Origin: an uncultured Actinomycetes bacterium
GTDB lineage: Bacteria > Actinomycetota > Thermoleophilia > UBA2241
Direction of reading: 5' to 3'
Assembly (NCBI GenBank): GCA_963709345.1
Contig: CAVPVX010000002.1
Coordinates: 1 to 64,000, forward strand
DNA: 64,000 nt
Shown here: positions 8,817-19,787 of the stretch, in pieces
Layout: the number at the start of each line of letters is the position of its first letter
How positions within the stretch are numbered: position 1 is the stretch's first letter
Notes under the pieces: generated by a model
What the model was told of the DNA's origin: nothing
The model's database searches: none
What the model saw: only the letters and a program-made list of their open reading frames with translations
Made by a program: the position numbers and the translations under genes

Positions 8817-11098
8817 TCCTCGACGATGAAGTTGTACCACGCCTTCGTCGTGTTCTTGGGCCGGAACGACACAGTCGCGCTGGTGGCGCCATCGAAGGTC
8901 CGCGTATCGATGACCGTGCCGTTCTTCACCAGCTTGACCGACTTGAGGCCGTCGACCGCCTTGACGCGCACGTTCAGGGGCACGACGCGCTTGCTCTTGC
9001 GCACCTTGACGGTCTTGCCGAACATCTTGCCGCTGAGCGGCTCGACGAGCGGGCCCTGGGTCACATAAGAGTTGCCGGCCTTGAGGGCTCTGATGTAATT
9101 CTCCTGGGTCTTCTTGTACGGCGCGGGGATCTTGGCATAGGTACGGGTGTTGCCGGAGATCCACGACCACACATCGTGGGTGTCGGTGCTGCCCACGATC
9201 GGGTACCGCTTGTTCTTGCCCTGGAGACTGCTGTTCCACAGTTCCACCGTCCGGGCGAAGGTCCGCTCGTCCGGGCTGGTGCCCTTGGCGGTCACGTTGG
9301 TGGACTGCAGCTCGATCATGTCGAAGTCGGCGTAGTAGCCGCCGGGGATCATGCCGTTGTCGTCGGCGGTGAAGTAGCCGTAGGCGATGTACGGGTGGTT
9401 GAGGGTGATCACCATGCCGGCCGCGTGGGCGCTGTCGATGATCTCCTTGGCCGTCCCGGCCGGGTCGATCGTCACCGGCTTCGTGAGGGAGATCGGAAGC
9501 ACGTTGAAGTGCGCCCAGATCGGCGAGATCTCGTCGGACGAGATGAAGGGCACGCCGCGCAGGGCGGAGAGGGTGGCTACCTCCTGGTTGTTGGCAAACG
9601 AGTCGTGGTCGCTGAGGCACGTGAAGTCGAGCCCTGCGGCCAGCTGCGAGCGCACTACGAACTCCGGCGGCGTGATGCCGTCGAGGATGTTCGAGTGGTG
9701 GTGCATGTCGGCGCTGTACCAGCGGCTCGCCGCCGGGTTGAAGACGCGCATGACTTTGACGGGCACGGTCTGGTCTGCGCCGGCCACGACAGTGATCGGC
9801 ACGTTGACGCCCCACGTCGTGAAACCGTTGCCGGCGACGACCTGCAGGGCGAAGTTGCCGGGGGCGACGTTGAACGTCGCCGTACCCACGTCCTCGAGCT
9901 CGGTGAAGAAGACGCTCTTGCCGAGGAAGCCGACCAGCGGCGGCGTGCCGCCGGTGACCTTGATGCGCGCGTCCACGGGCTGGTTGGTGAACGCGTTCTT
10001 CACGTTGACGGTGATCTTGCTCTGCGTGATCAGACCGGCGAAGTCCTGCGTCAGAGCGCCGCCGTCGGTGACGGAGACCGCCACCTTGTCGCTTGTCGAA
10101 TAGCCCTTGGCGACCGCATAGAGCTCGTAGTCGCCCACGGGGAGGTCGAGGTCGTAGGCGCCGCCGTCGGCGACGACCCAGCTGAAGGGCGCGCCGTCCT
10201 TCTCGACGACGACGATGGCCGGCTCGGGGAAGTCGCCCACCGCGGGAGTCACGGTGCCGCTCACGGCGCCGTTGGCGTCGGCGCGCTCGTCGATCACGGT
10301 CTTGACGAAGCGCGAGATGCTGGCGCTGTCCTCGAACTGGACGACGGCCTCGAGAGTGGCCGTGTCGCCGGGAGCGAAGGTGCTCTCCTTGTAGAGGTCC
10401 TTCCAGCCCGTGCCTCCGTCGTAGGAGTCGGCGGCGGGGAAGTGGAGGCCGATCGAGTAGTCGGAGTCGTAGCCGAGCACGTACTTGCCGTACGGGTCGG
10501 TGACGCTGTCGTAGTAGGCGCCGGCCGACTTGTTGAACGGGCCGAACATGAACCCGCCGCTGGTGCAGAACGTGTAGCCGGGGTAGATGTCCGTGTAGGT
10601 GGCGCCGCTGCCGACGGGGTTCTCGGCGACGGTCTTGAGCTTGACGAAGCGGCTGTCACGGTCGACCGTGATGGTCGTGACGAGCTGCATCGCGTTGAAG
10701 TCGCGCTCGATGGTCACGACAGCCTGGTCGGCGGTCTCGGTCGTGACCGTGATGTTCTGGTAGGTGTTCGGCCACGCCGCCCAGGCGTTCGGGAGGAAAT
10801 CGACGAGCGTCAGGCGGTCAGTCCCCCAGACGCCGTCCTTGATCGTGGTGCCGTCGAGGATGCTCCCGAGCGGGACGCCCCACGGCGGGGCGGTGTCGAC
10901 GGCGATGGCGATGGCGAAGAGCCCGTTGTCGATGGTGATGTCGTTGGCGCCGAGACAACTGCCGTTGGTGATGGCGGTCGGCCCGGTGGTGACGGTGACG
11001 GGATCGCCGGCGGCCAGGGCGGCCGACGCCGGCGCCATGAGCAGCAGCAGCGTGAGTACCAGTCCGACGATGAGCTTCCGAGTACCGATATGTCGCAT
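8762..11098 (-). CDS. Secreted CehA/McbA-family (PHP-like) metallohydrolase
   Basis: Signal peptide; ADMHHHS..LDG, LSDHD, SSDEIS..WAHFN, LNHPY, GSTDTHD metal motifs. Confidence 0.85.
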   Translation of the reverse strand: MRHIGTRKLIVGLVLTLLLLMAPASAALAAGDPVTVTTGPTAITNGSCLGANDITIDNGLFAIAIAVDTAPPWGVPLGSILDGTTIKDGVWGTDRLTLVDFLPNAWAAWPNTYQNITVTTETADQAVVTIERDFNAMQLVTTITVDRDSRFVKLKTVAENPVGSGATYTDIYPGYTFCTSGGFMFGPFNKSAGAYYDSVTDPYGKYVLGYDSDYSIGLHFPAADSYDGGTGWKDLYKESTFAPGDTATLEAVVQFEDSASISRFVKTVIDERADANGAVSGTVTPAVGDFPEPAIVVVEKDGAPFSWVVADGGAYDLDLPVGDYELYAVAKGYSTSDKVAVSVTDGGALTQDFAGLITQSKITVNVKNAFTNQPVDARIKVTGGTPPLVGFLGKSVFFTELEDVGTATFNVAPGNFALQVVAGNGFTTWGVNVPITVVAGADQTVPVKVMRVFNPAASRWYSADMHHHSNILDGITPPEFVVRSQLAAGLDFTCLSDHDSFANNQEVATLSALRGVPFISSDEISPIWAHFNVLPISLTKPVTIDPAGTAKEIIDSAHAAGMVITLNHPYIAYGYFTADDNGMIPGGYYADFDMIELQSTNVTAKGTSPDERTFARTVELWNSSLQGKNKRYPIVGSTDTHDVWSWISGNTRTYAKIPAPYKKTQENYIRALKAGNSYVTQGPLVEPLSGKMFGKTVKVRKSKRVVPLNVRVKAVDGLKSVKLVKNGTVIDTRTFDGATSATVSFRPKNTTKAWYNFIVEDLDGSRAITNPIWTRMVR

Positions 11099-11466
11099 TG
11101 TGCCTCCAGGTACGCTTGAGTGCGTGCGAGCCTGCAGCCGGGAAGGCCCTTCGGGCAGCCGCCCGCGGCATCGAGACGGATGGTCGGCGCATCCCTCCCT
11201 TCACGATGGGCCCGCGAGGTGCGGGACCCCCTGCCGTGGCGCCCGCAGCCGCCGTCCCCACCGGTCGAGGGCGCCCCACGTGGCGCGCATGGTACACCGA
11301 AGGGTATGCCGTGCATAGAGCGTGAACACCCACGAAAGCGGCGGTCGTGCGTCGACCGCCGCCAAAACGCTTGACTGACACCGTTTGCGGCATGCAGGAG
11401 GAGTGGGAGCGCACATCGACACCGGATGAGCGTAGGTCATGGATCGCTTGAGAGGCGACGGTCGTC

Positions 11467-12033
11467 GTGGGGTGGCGTACATCGTTCGCCGGGCCAGTGC
11501 TGCGCATGATGCTCATCGTGGCGGGCGTAGCCCTCGTCGTGGCACTCGGCGCAGGTGTGGCGGCGTGCCAGTCCGGCGATGAGGCAGCCAGAGAGGAGTA
11601 CCGGGCCTACTTCACCGACATGAAGCGGGTGTTCGACCGGGAGGGCGCGGAGGACGCCAGGGTCCGAGACAAGTCGGAGGCCACGGAGGGCGCCCTGAAC
11701 GCCTACGCGGTGTTCTGTGGGGGACTCGGCGCATCCTACGCGCACGTCGCCGCACGCGGCGCCAAGGTCGATCCTCCCGCCGAGTTGGCCAAGGCCCACA
11801 GAAGGCTGCTGGCCGCGTACGCGCGCTCGGCGGCCACTCTCAGGAAGGTCCAGAGGCGTATCGACGCGGAGATCCGCGACCCAGGGGTCAGGGAGTTCGG
11901 CTCCGACTGGATGGACGACCAGACCAAGCCCTCGAAGCGCGCGCTGCGAGACGTGGAGTCGGCCTACAACCGCTGGTACGCCGCGGTGAAGGCCGAGGGC
12001 AAGCGCCTGGGGCTGACGTTCAGCAGCGATTGA
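11467..12033 (+). CDS. Putative lipoprotein, helical hypothetical
   Basis: Hydrophobic stretch ending in lipobox-like VAAC; true start may be near 11506. Confidence 0.65.
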   Translation: MGWRTSFAGPVLRMMLIVAGVALVVALGAGVAACQSGDEAAREEYRAYFTDMKRVFDREGAEDARVRDKSEATEGALNAYAVFCGGLGASYAHVAARGAKVDPPAELAKAHRRLLAAYARSAATLRKVQRRIDAEIRDPGVREFGSDWMDDQTKPSKRALRDVESAYNRWYAAVKAEGKRLGLTFSSD

Positions 12034-12205
12034 CGGCTACACGGGGAAGGGACGCGGGAGACCTTGTCATGACTCACGTCGTCCCTTGGGCGGTCGTTTT
12101 CGCGGTCGCCGTGAGTGTCGTCGCAGTGATCGTCGCCGCGGTCATGGACCGGCTGCGGAAGTAGGACGCATCCCGCTCTGAGGCGGCCGCGTCGAGAACG
12201 CTGTC

Positions 12206-14204
12206 TCAGCGAACCAGGAGCCGGCCCGTGCGTGCTTTGGCCTGCGCGGTGCCGGCCGCATCGGTCGCCGAGATCGACAGACGATACAGACCCTTGCGCA
12301 AGCGGCAGACGAACGTGGTCGCTTGGCGCCTGTTGACGGTGAGGTTGCGGCGGGTGAGTCGCTTGACGACGCGGCCGCGGGAGTCCCTCACGACGATGCG
12401 CACCTTCGCCGTCGGCCCTCCCGGGCGCGGGTCCGCGACGGTGTAGCGGAGGGTGGCCTTGCCGCCCCGGCGGCAGGCCGCCCGCCGCAGGAACCGCGCC
12501 GTGGGCGCCCGGGTGTCGATCCGGATCGTCTGCGTCCCAGCCGTCTCGACATTGCCGACGGCGTCGACGGAGCGGTAGCGCAGCACATGCGCGCCCTCGC
12601 CGCTGACCACGGTCTCCGTACCGACAGTCCAGGCACCGTCGTCCAGCGAGTACTCCGTAGCCACGACGCCGGATGCCGTGTCCGTCGCGGTCAGGCTGAC
12701 CGGGACCGGCGCCGCGTACCAGCGGTCGTCGGCGCCGGTGAGTGACGTCTTGGGGGCGTCGGCGTCGACCGCGACCGCCGCCGTCCGCGCGGCCTCGACG
12801 TTGCCCGCAAGGTCGATCGAGCGGTAGGCCACCTCGTGACGCCCGCTCGTCGTGAGCGTCGCCGCGGCGCCGGTCTTCCACGTGTCTCCGTCGACGCTGT
12901 ACTCGGTGTGGTCGACGCCCGAGCCGGAGACGTCCGCGGCACTGAAGGCGACCACGTGCGGCGCCGCGTGCCAGGAGCCGTCGTCGGCCGCGGTGGTGGT
13001 CTCCGGCGGCGTCGAGTCGATGTGGACCTGCAGCTCCCTGGTCTTCTCGACGTTGCCGACGGCGTCGACGGCGCGGTAGCGCACGGTGTGTGCGCCGTCG
13101 CCGCTGACGACGGCCTGGGTGGCGCGCGCCCAGGGGCCGTCGTCCACCCTCAGCTGGACCATCACGACGCCCGAGCCGATGGGCCCGTCGTCCGCCGTCG
13201 CCGTCAGCGTCACCGGCGTTTGGTGCCATGCGTCGTCGGCTCCGGCCACGGTCGACCGCGGTGGGGTCGTGTCGAGCACGATCGACGCCGAGGCCGAGGC
13301 GACGTCCTCGCCGGCGCCCTGCACTTCGACATGCACCGTCTTGCGGCCGTCGGCGCCGTGAAGCGTCCACGGGCGCAGCGGCGTGTAGGCGCTCCAGTCG
13401 CCCCACGCTGCGGCGGAGTCGCGCAAGCGCATGTCCCACGTGCCGCAGATCGCGCTGAGGATTGGCGCGGTCACCTCGGCCATGACGCCGTAGCCTGTGC
13501 TGTTGGGGTGGATGGCGTCGGCGGCGAAGTACGTGCGGTCGAAGCAGTCCAGGGGATCGCCGATGCGTGGGTCGGCCGCGATGTCGGCGAGCGCGTCGGC
13601 TATCGACGGCCAGGAATCGCGGAGGAGCGCGTTGAACGTCTCCCGCGCGCTCTCGAAGCCTTCCTTGTCACGCGGCAGGAACGTCGTGATGACGACGGTG
13701 AAGCCCGCCGCTCTTCGCGCGGCGCAGTAGGCGCCGAGGTCGTCGAAGACCTCCGTGGGGTCGCGGCCGGTCGCGAGGTCGATGGCTCCCCCCATGACGA
13801 CGCAGACGTTGGCGTCCGCGGCCGCCGCATAGTGGACGTCGACACGTGAGCGGCGCGTCGTCGATCATGAAGGCGAGAGTGGCGTTGCTCGATCCCGAGT
13901 TGTAGCTCTGCCACAGTTGCGGCAGGAGCGCGATGGTCTGGGACGGGTAGTCCAGGCCGACGGGTGCGCCGCCGCCACGGATCATGCTGCCGCCGTCCCA
14001 CGTGGCGACCGCAGGCGGCGTGCCGAAGGGCGAGGTGCTGCCGAAGCCCACCGTCACGTCGTGGTAACGAGTGAACGCCGCGCCGCCGTTGATGGAGAAC
14101 GCCGAGGCAGAAGCGGGCGCGACCAGGGCGACGGCGAGGCTCGCCCACGCCGAGAGGCCAAGGACCAGCGCGCTCACCAGGAGCATGATCCGAGGCGATG
14201 TCAC
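12206..14204 (-). CDS. Secreted SGNH/GDSL-like hydrolase with three Ig-like (OmpL47-type) repeats and basic C-terminal domain; frameshift near 13850
   Basis: WDGGSM (block I variant), GGAIDL, DAIHP; repeats D..PP...SGV...GAHTVRYRAVDAVGNVE; split over ORFs 13668-14273 and 12206-13795. Confidence 0.75.
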
Positions 14205-14377
14205 TGGTCCCCCCGCGCACCGGTACACGTGGTCATCTTCTCGACCGAGACGAGCGTCGCCCAACGCAACCACAGAGGCGACGCGTGGTCAAGCCGCGAA
14301 CGACCCCCTGACCACTCGGACTCGTGTCCACCGTTGGCACACGGGCGGCCGGCATGCTCCGCAACGCCCCTGAGTGA

Positions 14378-14409
14378 CGAAAGGGCCGCCCTTTCGGACG
14401 GCCCTTTCG
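14378..14409 (-). terminator. Terminator hairpin downstream of tRNA-Pro
   Basis: CGAAAGGGCCG...CGGCCCTTTCG. Confidence 0.75.
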
Positions 14410-14418
14410 GTGTCATTC

Positions 14419-14495
14419 TGGTCGGGGCGACTGGATTTGAACCAGCGACCGCTCGGCCCCCAGCCGAGTGCGCTACCAGACTGCGCTACGCCCCG
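14419..14495 (-). tRNA. tRNA-Pro(GGG)
   Basis: CGGGGCGTAGCGCAGTCTGGTAGCGC, anticodon arm CTCGG-CTGGGGG-CCGAG, GGTTCAAATCC, ends CGCCCCGACCA. Confidence 0.97.
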
Positions 14496-14611
14496 TTCGG
14501 TGGAAGTCTACCACGCTCTACGACGTGCGAACGACCTGCGAGGTGGGTCGAACTGATGAAGGGCCGGCGGCGGTGCAACGCCTCCGCCGGCGGGCTGGTA
14601 GACTGCTCGCC

Positions 14612-15178
14612 ATGCGCGGCTTCATCCGCCACGTCCCCAACATCCTCACCGTCACCCGCCTGGCGGCGCTGCCGTTCGTCGTCTGGACGTACTCCCTGTA
14701 TCAGCCGGGCGCCGCGTGGACGACGGCCTGGATCGTCCTCTTCGCCGCGCTCAGCGACGTCGCCGACGGGCTCATCGCCCGCCGCTACAACGTGCAGAGC
14801 GAGTTCGGGCGCTGGGTCGACCCCATCGTCGACCGCCTGTTCTTCTTCACGCTCGTGGCGATGCTCTGGTACTTCGGCACGCTGCCGTGGTGGGCCGTGC
14901 TCCCGCTGCTCGTCCGCGACGGCATCATCCTGGTGCTCGCCGTCCCGACGCGGAAGTACACGAGCGAAGGCCCGCAGATCAGCCGCTGGGGCAAGGCCAG
15001 CAACTTCATCCTCATCTGCGCGATCCAGTGGTTCATCATCGACCTGCGCCTGATCGGCTGGTCGTTCTTCGCCGTCGGCGCCAGCCTGTACGTCGCCAGC
15101 GGCCTGCTGTACGGGTACCGGGCCATCGTCTGGGTCCAGAAGGCGCGGAGCGGCAGCGGCGGAGACGCCGTCGCCTGA
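14612..15178 (+). CDS. CDP-alcohol phosphatidyltransferase
   Basis: PNILTVTR, DVADGLIARR...GRWVDPIVD motif. Confidence 0.92.
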   Translation: MRGFIRHVPNILTVTRLAALPFVVWTYSLYQPGAAWTTAWIVLFAALSDVADGLIARRYNVQSEFGRWVDPIVDRLFFFTLVAMLWYFGTLPWWAVLPLLVRDGIILVLAVPTRKYTSEGPQISRWGKASNFILICAIQWFIIDLRLIGWSFFAVGASLYVASGLLYGYRAIVWVQKARSGSGGDAVA

Positions 15179-15262
15179 CGCCGCGCCCGGCCGGCCGAGG
15201 CCCTCTGATAAGCTAGCGGCACCAACTCAGCGGACCCTCGAGCGAAAGCGAAGGTGAGGCCC

Positions 15263-17794
15263 GTGCGCGCAGTGGTCATGGCAGGCGGCGAGGGCACCCG
15301 CCTGCGCCCCCTCACGAGCAACCAGCCGAAGCCCATGGTGTCGCTCTGCGGCAAGCCCTGCATGGAGTACATCGTCGAGCTCCTCAAGCGCCACGGCATC
15401 GACGAGACGGTCGTCACGCTCATGTTCCTGCCCAAGGTCATCCGCGACTACTTCGGCGACGGCTCCTCTCTCGGCGTCGGCATCGACTACTCGGTGGAGC
15501 AGAGCCCGGCCGGCACGGCCGGCAGCGTCAAGCTCGCGGAGGAGGTCCTGCGCGAAGACACCTGCATCGTCATCAGCGGCGACGCGCTCACCGACTTCGA
15601 CCTCGGCAAGGTCGTCGCGTTCCACAAGGCGCGCGGAGCGATGGTCACCATCGCCCTCAAGCGCGTGGAGAACCCGCTCGAGTTCGGCGTCGTCGTCGTC
15701 GACGACGAGGGCCACATCGAGCGCTTTCTCGAGAAGCCCACGTGGGGCCAGGTCTTCAGCGACACGGTCAACACCGGCATCTACGTGCTCGAGCCCGAGG
15801 TGTTCGACCACATCCCGGCCGACACCAAGTACGACTTCAGCCAGGAGCTCTTCCCGAAGCTCTTCGAGATGGGAGCTCCGCTCTACGGGTACATCGCCGA
15901 CGGTTACTGGCAGGACATCGGCAGCCTCCCGCAGTACCTCGTCGCCAACCGCGACCTGCTCGACGGCAAAGTGAACGCCGCGATCCCCGGCATCGAGCTG
16001 CAGAAGCGCATCTTCGTGGGCGAGAGCCTCAACCTCGACTCGCTCGACAACATCACCGGGCCGGCCTTCATCGGCAACTACGCCAAGATCGACCCCACCG
16101 CCTCCATCGGCAAGTACTCAGTCCTCGGCAGCAACGTGGTCGTCAAGGAGAACGCCGAGACGCGCAGCAGCGTCGTCGGCGCCAACACCTACATCGGCGC
16201 CTCGGCCAAGGTCCTCGGCGCGATCCTCGGCAAGAACTGCGACGTCAAGGCCGGCGCCACCTTCAGCGAGGGAGTGGCCGTCGGCGACGAGTGCGTCGTC
16301 GGCGAGCAGGCGTACATCGCGCCGGACGTCAAGATCTACCCCAACAAGACGGTGGAGTCGGGCGCCCAGATCCACAGCAGCATCATCTGGGAGTCGCGCG
16401 GCAGCTCCCGGCTCTTCGGCAAAGACGGCGTCACCGGGCTCATCAACGTCGACATCACCGCGGAGCTGGCGCTCAAACTGGCGATGGCCTACGGCACGGT
16501 CCTCAAGAAGGGCGCGCGCGTCACCACCAGCCGCGACGCCCACCCGGCGTCGCGGGTCATCAAGCGCGCGCTCATCTGCGGCCTCAACTCCACCGGCGTC
16601 GTGGTCCGCGACCTGCGCGTCGCCAGCCACGCGATCAACCGCTTCGAGGTCAAGAACGGCAACACCCAGGGCGGCATGCACGTGCGCATCGCGAGCTGGG
16701 ACCCGGAGATGATCCAGATCCAGGTCATCGAACCCCCCGGCATCAACCTCAGCGAGAGCCGCCAGAAGGCCGTGGAGAAGTACTACGGCCGCCAGGATTT
16801 CCGCCGTGCCTTCTACAGCGAGTTCGGCGAGATCACCTTCCCCGACCGGGCCATGGAGACCTACGTGCGTGGCCTCCTCGGCTCCTGGGACGTCGAGCGC
16901 ATCCGCAGCCGCGCCTACCGGCTCGTCATCGACTACTCGCACTCGCCGGCCTCGCTGACCCTGCCCAATCTGCTCGGCGACCTCGGCGCCGAGGTGCTCT
17001 CGGTGCGCGCCTTCAGCGAGCAGCACCACGTGAGCCTCGGCGCCGAGGAGCTCGGCGCCAACATCCACGAAGTCCAACGCCTTGTGCGCACCATGGAGGC
17101 CGATCTCGGGCTCGTCATCGGCCCCGGCGCGGAGCGCCTCTACATCGTCGACGAGACGGGTGCCGAGGTGCCGCTCGAGACGGCGCTGCTGCTCTTCGTC
17201 AAGCTCGTCGCGCAGCAGGCGTCCCGCGGCGAGCGCATCGTCCTGCCGCTCACGGTGACGCACCTGGCGGAGGAGCTCGCCGGCGAGTTCGGCGTCGAGA
17301 TCGTGCGCACCAAGGTCTCGCTCCCCGAGCTCGCACAGGCAGCCGCCGCGGACGGCGTCGTCTTCGCCGGGTCGCTCGGCGGCGGGTACATCTTCCCGCG
17401 CTTCCTGCCCGCCTTCGACGCCGTCATGAGCCTCGGCAAACTGCTCGAGCTCCTGGCGCCGCAGCAGCGCCCGCTCAGCGAGCAGCTCGCCGAGATCCCC
17501 GCGAGCACGCTCGTCCACAAGACGGTCGCCTGCCCGTGGACGCTCAAGGGGACCGTCATGCGCACGGCTACCGAGCACCTGCAGCGGGAGGCGGCGGGAG
17601 GCGCCGCCACCAAAGTCAGCCTCGTCGACGGCATCCAGGTCCACCGTGACGAAGGGTGGGCGCAGCTCCTGCCGGACGCCGACGAGCCCGTCTTCCACGT
17701 GTACGCCGAGGGCTCCGACCACGCTGCTTCGGAGGGCCTCGCCCAGGGCTTCCTCGAGGTCGTGCGCAGCGTGATCAGGGAGCACAGCGAGTAG
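15263..17794 (+). CDS. Mannose-1-phosphate guanylyltransferase / phosphomannomutase-like fusion
   Basis: [17 protein letters not shown], LbH hexapeptide region, then PGM-like LFGKDGVTG domain. Confidence 0.92.
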   Translation: MRAVVMAGGEGTRLRPLTSNQPKPMVSLCGKPCMEYIVELLKRHGIDETVVTLMFLPKVIRDYFGDGSSLGVGIDYSVEQSPAGTAGSVKLAEEVLREDTCIVISGDALTDFDLGKVVAFHKARGAMVTIALKRVENPLEFGVVVVDDEGHIERFLEKPTWGQVFSDTVNTGIYVLEPEVFDHIPADTKYDFSQELFPKLFEMGAPLYGYIADGYWQDIGSLPQYLVANRDLLDGKVNAAIPGIELQKRIFVGESLNLDSLDNITGPAFIGNYAKIDPTASIGKYSVLGSNVVVKENAETRSSVVGANTYIGASAKVLGAILGKNCDVKAGATFSEGVAVGDECVVGEQAYIAPDVKIYPNKTVESGAQIHSSIIWESRGSSRLFGKDGVTGLINVDITAELALKLAMAYGTVLKKGARVTTSRDAHPASRVIKRALICGLNSTGVVVRDLRVASHAINRFEVKNGNTQGGMHVRIASWDPEMIQIQVIEPPGINLSESRQKAVEKYYGRQDFRRAFYSEFGEITFPDRAMETYVRGLLGSWDVERIRSRAYRLVIDYSHSPASLTLPNLLGDLGAEVLSVRAFSEQHHVSLGAEELGANIHEVQRLVRTMEADLGLVIGPGAERLYIVDETGAEVPLETALLLFVKLVAQQASRGERIVLPLTVTHLAEELAGEFGVEIVRTKVSLPELAQAAAADGVVFAGSLGGGYIFPRFLPAFDAVMSLGKLLELLAPQQRPLSEQLAEIPASTLVHKTVACPWTLKGTVMRTATEHLQREAAGGAATKVSLVDGIQVHRDEGWAQLLPDADEPVFHVYAEGSDHAASEGLAQGFLEVVRSVIREHSE

Positions 17795-17837
17795 GGAGCC
17801 GGGGCCGGGCCGCGAATCCTGCCGTACAATGGTAGGC

Positions 17838-19703
17838 ATGGCGGCTCACGGCACAGACCTGCAGCCCGCGCACGACGACGGGTCGCGGTCGGCTCCCGGC
17901 GCCGGCGCGCGTGGCGAAGCTTCGGCGCCCGCGGCCCCGGCGGTGCGCCGGCCGGGCCCGGTGCGCCGCCTCGGCGCCTGCTACGGGCGCCACATCTGGG
18001 CGACGACGACCGTCCTCGTCATCCTCGTCCTCGTCGCCGGCTTCGTCGCCCTGCAGCTCGTCACCCTCGGCCGCGTCGGCGACGGCGTCAGCGTCGCCGG
18101 CATCCCGCTCCAGGGCCTCTCGCGCGCCGAGGCCACCGCGGTCGTCGCCGGCGAGCTCCAGTCACGGGTCTCGCCGGTCAGTCTCGACACCGGCGGCGAC
18201 GAGCCCCTCACGCCGGCGCTTGCCCAGCTCGGTATCAGCGTGGACGCCAAGGCCACCGCCCGCGCCGCCTACGAGGCCGGGCGGCGGCGCCTGCCGCTCG
18301 GGCTCACGGTCTGGCTGCCGGGAGGCGCCCGGAGCGTCGCGCCCGTGATCCGCGTCGACGCGCCGGCCTACCAGAAGGGCATCGAGCCGGTCCGCGCCGA
18401 GGTCGACCTCGAGCCCCTTGACGCGCGCGTCAAGCTCACCGGCAAACGCGTCACGGTCGTTCCGGCCGAGGACGGCATCGAGGTCGACGCCCTGGCGCTC
18501 GAACGGGCGATCATCGCAGAAGTGCGCGCCGGGCGCGGCTTCGCCGGCCCCGTCCCGACCCGGCTCGTCGAGCCCGAGGTCGGGACCGTCGAGGCGGAGG
18601 CACGTGCCGCCGCCGCCTCCACGTATCTCGCCCGCCCCGTCACCCTCCGGTACCGCTCGACCGAGGTCGTGCTCACGCCCCAGCAGATGGCCGGCATGCT
18701 CGCGATCAACACCGGCTCCGATGCCGAGGCGTACCCCCTCACCTTCGACAACGGTCGCGCCCGCGAGCAGCTTCACAAGCTCTTCGCCTTCGCCGAGCGG
18801 CCGCCGATCGACGCGACCGTCGTCGTCCACGACGACGGGAGCGTCGGCGTGACGGAGAGCCGGGGAGGGGTTGTCCTCGACATGCCCGTCCTCATCGAGG
18901 ATCTCGACCACGCCGCCTCCGGGGGCGGGCTGCGCACGATCTTCGTGGCGCTCAAGCCCGCATTCCCCGAACTCTCGACCGCGGACGTCGAGGCCATGGG
19001 CCTCGCCGCTCTGGGCTCGCAGTTCGTCACGTACTTCGACCCGCGCAACGAGGCTCGCGCCACCAACATCCGGCTGGCGGCCAAGCTGGTCGACGGCACG
19101 GTCGTCGCGCCGGGCGCGACCTTCTCGCTCAACGAGACGATGGGGCCGCGCACCGCCAACCGCGGCTTCGACTACGCCCCGGTGATCACCTCGGGCAACG
19201 TGCTCCGCCAGGGAGTCGGCGGCGGCATCTGCCAGTACGCGACGACGCTCTTCAACGCCGTCTTCTTCGCCGGGCTCAAGGTGGTCGAGCGCGAGCCCCA
19301 CTCGCTGTACATCTCGCACTACCCGACGGGCCGCGACGCCACCGTCGCCTGGGGCGCCGTCGATTTCCGCTTTCGCAACGACGCAGGCAAGAGCGTCATG
19401 ATCCGCAGCTGGGTCGAGGGCGACGCGCTCACCGTCGCGCTGGTGGGCAAGACGGGGCGTACGGTCAAGTACACCACGAGCCCCTTTTATGATATTCGCA
19501 AGCCCGCCCGCGGCAAGAACGACCCCAAGGTCGTCTACGACTCGGACCTCGGCCCCGGCGTGATCCGCTGGGAGCAGGGCGTCGACGGGCGCAGCGTCAA
19601 GGTGCAGCGCACGGTGCTCGACGCGGAGGGCGACGTCCTCTTCCGCGACACGTTCTCGTCGCGCTACGCGCCGATGGACTGGGTCAAGCGCATCGGGACC
19701 TGA
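17838..19703 (+). CDS. VanW-family protein with TM anchor and PG-binding repeats
   Basis: NIRLAA..VDGTVVAPGATFSLN, GGGICQYATTLFNA, ER.PHS, GRDATV. Confidence 0.9.
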   Translation: MAAHGTDLQPAHDDGSRSAPGAGARGEASAPAAPAVRRPGPVRRLGACYGRHIWATTTVLVILVLVAGFVALQLVTLGRVGDGVSVAGIPLQGLSRAEATAVVAGELQSRVSPVSLDTGGDEPLTPALAQLGISVDAKATARAAYEAGRRRLPLGLTVWLPGGARSVAPVIRVDAPAYQKGIEPVRAEVDLEPLDARVKLTGKRVTVVPAEDGIEVDALALERAIIAEVRAGRGFAGPVPTRLVEPEVGTVEAEARAAAASTYLARPVTLRYRSTEVVLTPQQMAGMLAINTGSDAEAYPLTFDNGRAREQLHKLFAFAERPPIDATVVVHDDGSVGVTESRGGVVLDMPVLIEDLDHAASGGGLRTIFVALKPAFPELSTADVEAMGLAALGSQFVTYFDPRNEARATNIRLAAKLVDGTVVAPGATFSLNETMGPRTANRGFDYAPVITSGNVLRQGVGGGICQYATTLFNAVFFAGLKVVEREPHSLYISHYPTGRDATVAWGAVDFRFRNDAGKSVMIRSWVEGDALTVALVGKTGRTVKYTTSPFYDIRKPARGKNDPKVVYDSDLGPGVIRWEQGVDGRSVKVQRTVLDAEGDVLFRDTFSSRYAPMDWVKRIGT

Positions 19704-19787
19704 CGGGGAGCGGGGGAGAGGCGCGGCCCGCGGCCTGCGGCCGCCGCGCCTCCGAGGCCGGGCCGGGCGGACCTGCGGCCGCCGGCT

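Noticed and set aside
8627-11119. Long antisense ORFs (also 16118-17839, 44835-47087, 50347-52422, 56161-58881, 61776-63389)
   Set aside because: Shadow frames of high-GC genes on the opposite strand, with no recognisable motifs
11099-11466. Riboswitch in the long intergenic region
   Set aside because: One GC hairpin is present, but I recognised no c-di-GMP, cobalamin, SAM or TPP core
6864-14419. Genomic island integrated at tRNA-Pro
   Set aside because: No integrase and no convincing duplicated tRNA 3' end; only a 7-bp TGGTCGG match near 6850
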